Source: Acaryochloris marina S15
Lineage (GTDB): Bacteria; Cyanobacteriota; Cyanobacteriia; Thermosynechococcales; Thermosynechococcaceae
Direction of reading: 5' to 3'
Assembly: GCF_018336915.1 (NCBI RefSeq)
Contig: NZ_CP064923.1
Location: 1,140,001-1,172,000, forward strand
DNA: 32,000 bases
The translations under genes and the position numbers were made by a program. Below the pieces are notes generated by a model. It was not told the DNA's origin and did no database searches. It saw only the letters and a program-made list of their open reading frames with translations. This document shows positions 27,286 through 32,000 of the stretch, one piece after another; positions within the stretch are counted from its first letter, which is position 1; each line of letters opens with the position of its first letter.

Positions 27286-28769
27286 CAATGTCACTGACTT
27301 AAGAAAGCAGAAAAGGGCTGCAAGTCTTGATAGATATAGAATCAAGACTTGCAATCCATCAATAATCTGCCTTCTACTATGTCTGAGTCAGCCGAAATTC
27401 TCAAGCATCAGTTTTCCCAAAGCCTGGGATTGCCCTGGACGGATATTCTTCCCGCTTCAAGGCTGACCGACATCCTAGCAGAGGAATCAATCTCCTATCG
27501 CAACCGTGTGTATACGCCCATCGTTACGTTGTGGGCCATGCTCTACCAAGCATTATCTGCAGACAAAAGCTTGCGCAACACAGTCAAATGCATCACCACC
27601 TGGCTCACTGCCGCAGGACTCCAACCCCCATCATCAGATACAGGAGCCTACAGTAAAGCCCGAGGAAGATTACCTGAGTCCCTGCTGCAACGGTTAATTC
27701 CCGAAACTGCTAATCACATAGAGCAAAGCATTCCCCAAGAACACCACTGGTGTAATCGAACAGTGAAAGTCTATGACGGCACGACAGTGCTGATGGCTGA
27801 TAGTGTGGCGAACCAAGGGGAGTATCCTCAACATGGCAATCAGGCTCCTGGCTGTGGATTCCCCATTGCCCGTTTAGTGGTGTTTTTTTGCTTAATCACA
27901 GGGGCAGTGGTCTCAGCCTGCATTGCCCCCTGGAGCATGAGTGAAATCGTCATCAGTCGGCTGCTTTATGAGGATCTGGAGGTTGATGATGTGGCCATAG
28001 CAGATCAAGCCTATGGCAGCTATGTTGATCTAGCCCTGATTCAACAACAAGGAGCCGATGGGGTTTTACGTAAACATCATGCCCGTCATACAGACTTCCG
28101 TAAAGGACGTAAGAACGGGATAGGAGACCACCAAGTTCAATGGCAAAAGCCCACACGGTGTCCCGCCCACATGAGTGCAACGGAGTTTGCAGAGATTCCC
28201 AAAACGTTGACAGTCAGGGAGGTATCGCTACGTCTATCGCGTCGAGGCTTTCGAGACCAGTTCATTATCGTCGTCACAACCTTACTGGATGCTCAGCGCT
28301 ATAGTGCTAAACAATTGACTCGCTTGTACGGATGGCGATGGCAGGCGGCTGAAGTCAATTTGAGACACCTCAAAACCACCTTAAAGATGGAAATGCTCAC
28401 AGCAAAGACACCTGAAATGGTGCGCAAGGATATTTGGTCTCATTTGCTAGGCTACAACTTATTGAGAAGTCTCATGGAACAGGCTGCCCCATGGGCAGAA
28501 TATGACCGCTCTCGACTCTCTTTACAAGGGGCTCGACAACACTTTAATCAGATGCTGGTTTTGTTAGCAACGGCCACACAAGCTATACGTCAACGGTTGT
28601 ATGCTCATCTGCTTGAAAATATTGCTACTGACCTTCTGCCTGTTCGACCCCATCGGCTCGAACCCAGGGTCGTTAAACGAAGACCTAAGCCCTTCCCCAG
28701 AATGCGACAACCGCGCTCTGTCCTCAAAGCCAATCTGGCTGCTTGATTAAGCTTATCTCAGTGCCATTG
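27286..28769 (+). mobile_element. IS4-family insertion sequence (1484 bp)
   Basis: Imperfect 18-bp terminal inverted repeats: CAATGTCACTGACTTAAG at 27286, and CAATGGCACTGAGATAAG as the reverse complement of the right end. A single DDE transposase ORF. A 12-bp direct duplication, which is within the size range known for IS4-type elements. Confidence 0.88.
27349..28746 (+). CDS. IS4-family DDE transposase
   Basis: 465-aa ORF filling the element. The N-terminal region (YRNRVYTPIVTLWAMLYQALS) and the DDE-type core resemble IS4-family transposases. A more likely ATG is at 27379. An 11-bp hairpin at 27321-27351 overlaps the TTG start. Confidence 0.85.
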   Translation: MQSINNLPSTMSESAEILKHQFSQSLGLPWTDILPASRLTDILAEESISYRNRVYTPIVTLWAMLYQALSADKSLRNTVKCITTWLTAAGLQPPSSDTGAYSKARGRLPESLLQRLIPETANHIEQSIPQEHHWCNRTVKVYDGTTVLMADSVANQGEYPQHGNQAPGCGFPIARLVVFFCLITGAVVSACIAPWSMSEIVISRLLYEDLEVDDVAIADQAYGSYVDLALIQQQGADGVLRKHHARHTDFRKGRKNGIGDHQVQWQKPTRCPAHMSATEFAEIPKTLTVREVSLRLSRRGFRDQFIIVVTTLLDAQRYSAKQLTRLYGWRWQAAEVNLRHLKTTLKMEMLTAKTPEMVRKDIWSHLLGYNLLRSLMEQAAPWAEYDRSRLSLQGARQHFNQMLVLLATATQAIRQRLYAHLLENIATDLLPVRPHRLEPRVVKRRPKPFPRMRQPRSVLKANLAA

Positions 28770-28781
28770 TACTCAGGGGTT
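28770..28781. repeat. Target-site duplication, right copy (tactcaggggtt)
   Basis: Identical to 27274-27285. Confidence 0.85.
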
Positions 28782-29582
28782 TGCTCCACAATCATGATCT
28801 CTTTCACCGTTGCGATCGCCCGGTCTGAAAAAGGCAGTTCATTGCGATACAAACGCTGAAGGAATTGAATCTGTTCCTTGGGTGAGATCCGTAAATCCCC
28901 TGTTAGCCAAAAGGTATCAATGTCATCGGCTTCTCCAATTAATTGGTTGCCATAGCCCACCGTGGTTACCCACTGCTGCATCTGCTGAAAGCCAATGCGA
29001 CGAGCTAACACCTGATAGAACCAGACCCCCGACACTTTAAAAGCCGTTTGCAGATTGAGGTCCCGATTCCAGGTGGGGATACTGCGTTCCACCCCATCCC
29101 AGGTCAAAATCGCCAGCTCATTGGCAATCACCCCTGTCTCTAACGCAATCAGAGAGTTGAGGATTTTAAAGGTAGACGCAGGCAAAAACGGCTGAGTATT
29201 GCGAGTCGAATTGTGCTGATAGGTTCGATTTCGTTTGAGGTCGTAAATCAGAATCGAGCCATTGACCTTTAGATCTTGAAAGGGTTGGGCCAGGGAAACA
29301 TTCTGCTGAACCAATTTAGGGGTGGCTGCTGCCGATGGCTCACCCAGGGGGATGGCGGTTAAATATAGACTTGCGATCGCATATCCAAAACATCGGGCAA
29401 CACAGTACCCTAGATTTTTATCGACATGATTAACCATATTCTCGATGACCTTCATTCAAACGGTTGTGGGGCTCGATCGGGGGGTGTTTATCGAGGTCGA
29501 TGCCTTGACCACCTTTTTAGGTTGCTCATCACTCAGTAAACAAGAGTTAGACTACTGCAGGAACTATTGCTACATACTAGGT

Positions 29583-29715
29583 TTACCGACTCGGTTGGCC
29601 TTTGTATTCAAGGGGTTTCAGCCCTTCAATCCCACCTTGTTGATACTGCCGAAGGGTTTTGGCTAAAGTGGGGCGACTAATCTGACAATTCCCACCTAAT
29701 TTTGCCGAATGATGG
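29583..29715 (-). pseudogene. IS630/Tc1-like transposase HTH remnant
   Basis: The reverse strand reads ...HHSAKLGGNCQISRPTLAKTLRQYQQGGIEGLKPLEYKGQPSR* with no start codon and a stop on each side. The pattern matches the N-terminal winged-HTH of IS630-family transposases. Identified from memory of the family. Confidence 0.4.
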
Positions 29716-29760
29716 ATTGAGTCTGGGGAACTCTAGGGGTATTCGAGCATTAGTGATCAG

Positions 29761-30435
29761 ATGCTTCTTCTGCAATTCCTTAAAAACTCAATCTCTATGG
29801 TAGAAAGACGAGAATATTGCTGCCGTTCTCCACTGACTTTTCTTTTGGGTGTGGGATTCAGCCTGTTGCTATCGCTAGCGTTCCTGGCTCCGAGTCAGGC
29901 CATTCATTGGGCTGATATCCCTAATCCACGTCAAGACAATAATTGGGTTATGGATAAAGGGGACATCCTCAGCCTTGAGAGTGAAGCTAAGCTCAATCAG
30001 ATGATCTCGGCCTTGGAAGCCAAGAACGGGATCGAGATGGTAGTGGTGACTGTGCCGGAGGTACATCCTTTGGGGGCCACCGAAGAGTTGGCTCAGGCGC
30101 TTTTCACCACTTGGAAATTGGGTAAGAGAGGGCAAAATAACGGCGTTATGTTATTGGCCTCTAAAAAGGAAGGTCGTGTAGCCATAGAAAAGGGATCTGG
30201 TTTACGGTCTGACCTGACTTATGAACAGGTAGATAACATTATTCAGACTCAGATCACTCCTCAGTTAGAGCGAGATAATTTTGATGCCGGTGTTGTCAAT
30301 GGTGCTCAGGCCATGATCCAAATTCTTGAGAATAAAAGCGAAGACTCGATTTCTTTTTTCCAGATCGTGCTGCTGATGTTAGGGGCTGTAATTTGGGCCT
30401 ATATCGCTAAAACCCTATGGAAAGTCTTTAGGTAA
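29761..30435 (+). CDS. TPM-domain protein (YgcG/Psb32-like) with C-terminal TM anchor
   Basis: Signal/anchor, then IPNPRQDNNWVMD...LNQMISALEAKNGIEMVVVTV...NNGVMLLASKKEGRVAIEKGSGL, which is typical of TPM (PF04536). C-terminal TM. An alternative start is at 29797. Confidence 0.85.
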   Translation: MLLLQFLKNSISMVERREYCCRSPLTFLLGVGFSLLLSLAFLAPSQAIHWADIPNPRQDNNWVMDKGDILSLESEAKLNQMISALEAKNGIEMVVVTVPEVHPLGATEELAQALFTTWKLGKRGQNNGVMLLASKKEGRVAIEKGSGLRSDLTYEQVDNIIQTQITPQLERDNFDAGVVNGAQAMIQILENKSEDSISFFQIVLLMLGAVIWAYIAKTLWKVFR

Positions 30436-30644
30436 TCCCTTGAATAGCCACCTTGATACAAAAATTCTGTCCAGTTGTATTGGAAGTTGGGGCGGTGCGA
30501 ACAACGGAAGGTTTTGAAGAGAGGCTAGAGATGTTGGGTAAGGGTGAGTAGATGTTCAGAATGACGGGGCTCGTTTGGGGAGTGATAGGAATATCCAGAC
30601 ATAACTGTTTAAAGGTCTGATCAAGACTCTATTTTGAGAGAAAT

Positions 30645-32000
30645 ATGCTGCTCAATCGTATAAAACGTCGTAGACATCAACTGCTGATATCCCTTTTTAC
30701 TCTGGTATGCGGCCTGCTACTATTTTTATCCTCACTGGCCCCAAGTCGGGCCATTCCCGTATCTGAAGTCCCTAATCCTCGCCAGAACAATAATTGGGTG
30801 ACGGATATGGCCGATTTGCTTAGTCCTGACAGCGAGACCAAGCTAAATCAGATGATTACGGCATTGGAAGAGACCAATGGTGCTGAAATTGCAGTGGTGA
30901 CGGTTCCCGATACTAAACCTTCCGCATCCCCCAAAGCGTTTGCGACAGAGCTATTTAACACTTGGGGGATTGGGGAAAAAGGCGTAGACAACGGTATCTT
31001 ATTTCTGGTCTCGAAGTATGAACGTCGTACAGAAATCGAGACAGGGTAAGGCCTAGAATCCATTCTTCCTGATGCGAAGGTGGGCAATATTCTCCGTACC
31101 CAGGTCACCCCTCACTTTAAGCAAGGCAATTTTGATGCAGGTATCGTTAATGGAACTCAGGCGATTATCCAGGTTCTAGAAGGTGGAACGATTGCATCTC
31201 AAGCGCCCTTGCCAGAAGAGAGCTTGCAACCATCAACATCGCTAACAAAGAGAGGGAAACCAGTATTTTGGTTAGGCTATTTGGCTGTTATTACAGTTGT
31301 GGTCGTTACTGTGATGGGGATATTGAAATATGTGAATCAAAGAAAGACGCAAGTCTATCGGATTTCTCCTAGGGGGCGTACCACTTTGGCCTCTCATATA
31401 TGGGTGTCTCTCTGGATTAAAAATCTTCGGAAATTATCCTTAGACGACTGTAGACAACGCCCCATCCAGCATGGTGTTGCCCTGAATTCAATCACGGTAT
31501 TTAAAACTTGGTGGGCTTGCTATGGCGTATCAGCTGGACTGCTGCTAATGGCTGATTCCATGGATTTCGAAGTAGTTTGGTGGCTCATCTTCGCACTCTT
31601 TATAATGTATGAGCTGTGGTGCTGTTTTAGGCGTGATGTAAGCAGCACAAAAGCTAGCTATGACTTATTCATGTTGAATGTGTTTATTTTCCTATTTATA
31701 GGTGGGGGCTTCTTTTTTATAGGCTTAATCAATCCTTCTATTCCTAGAGTTCTTATGCTACCGTTCCTAAGCTTTTTCCCCTGTGTACTCCGGGGCATGA
31801 GATTGCTGCCTCCAAGTGGCACGGTGTTCATCAATGCGTGGCTTTTGATGATGATAGGTGGGATTCTCTTTATTTATCCTTTTCTTTCTATCTTGCTGAT
31901 ACTGCCGTTTCTATATGCTTGTGCGGGTGCACTACGGTCAATGAGATTGTTATCCCAAAAGAAGACGATATGCCAGTGTCAGTCTTGTGGTGATGCGATG
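30645..32000 (+). pseudogene. TPM-domain paralog with an in-frame TAA (31047-31049) and a long polytopic C-terminal extension; continues past the window
   Basis: 30645-31046 encodes ...VPNPRQNNNWVTD...AEIAVVTVPD...NGILFLVSKYERRTEIETG, then TAA. The same frame continues GLESILPDAKVGNILRTQVTPHFKQGNFDAGIVNG..., which is the rest of the TPM fold, and stays open for 317 codons to position 32000. I checked this codon by codon. Confidence 0.75.

Larger units (their letters stand above)
27093..29455 (-). pseudogene. Class D (OXA-like) beta-lactamase gene disrupted by an IS4-family insertion
   Basis: The 5' part (28770-29455) carries STFK, SGV, YGN and FWL.G.L.IS..EQ. The 3' part (27093-27285) translates by hand to TPEYTIRAKTGWALQPGIGWYVGYLEQNDNVYFFATNLDI...* and carries KTG. 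Removing the IS and one duplication copy gives 867 nt, which is 289 in-frame codons. Confidence 0.88.

Noticed and set aside
27245-27466. 73-aa plus-strand ORF spanning the left IS boundary
   Set aside because: It is a chimeric reading across the beta-lactamase antisense sequence and the IS end, so it is an artefact of the insertion.
28724-28769. C-terminal 15 residues of the 243-aa ORF 28724-29455
   Set aside because: They are encoded by the IS right end. The native gene continues at 27285 after the IS is removed.

Overview
This is a cyanobacterial chromosomal window. Evidence: 11 HIP1 octamers (GCGATCGC) and typical cyanobacterial genes (Tic22-like, PadR/Pex-like, DUF2358-like, TPM/Psb32-like). 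All calls come from reading the sequence and the ORF track by eye; no database search was run. Housekeeping or ordinary genes fill about 1-9.1 kb and 15.7-23.9 kb: a partial P-loop protein, an NAD(P)-binding SDR-like protein, alanine dehydrogenase, DUF2358-like, PrmC, Tic22-like, a PadR-like regulator, a small secreted Pro/Glu-rich protein, a type-1 periplasmic binding protein, a DUF697-type GTPase, PheT, a haem-c sensor diguanylate cyclase, a SAM methyltransferase, a VOC protein and membrane or secreted hypotheticals.

Two segments stand out.

(1) 9.2-15.4 kb holds a head-to-tail array of four intact paralogous Ser/Thr kinases. Each carries an unassigned C-terminal module of two TM helices plus a beta-rich domain. 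The array also contains a decayed fifth copy interrupted by a ~138-bp MITE-like element, and conserved inter-copy spacers.

(2) 23.9-29.8 kb is an AT-richer, HIP1-poor accessory island.
- It carries a two-gene TIR + STAND-like P-loop NTPase / TPR module, which I consider the best candidate for a conflict/defence system. The TPR gene has six near-identical 144-bp repeats.
- A class D (OXA-like) beta-lactamase gene is cleanly split by a 1484-bp IS4-family element with a 12-bp target duplication.
- An IS630-like HTH remnant is also present.

The right end has two tandem TPM-domain paralogs. The second has an in-frame TAA in the conserved core, followed by more than 300 open codons encoding a polytopic membrane extension that runs off the window. 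No rRNA, tRNA or CRISPR array was found.
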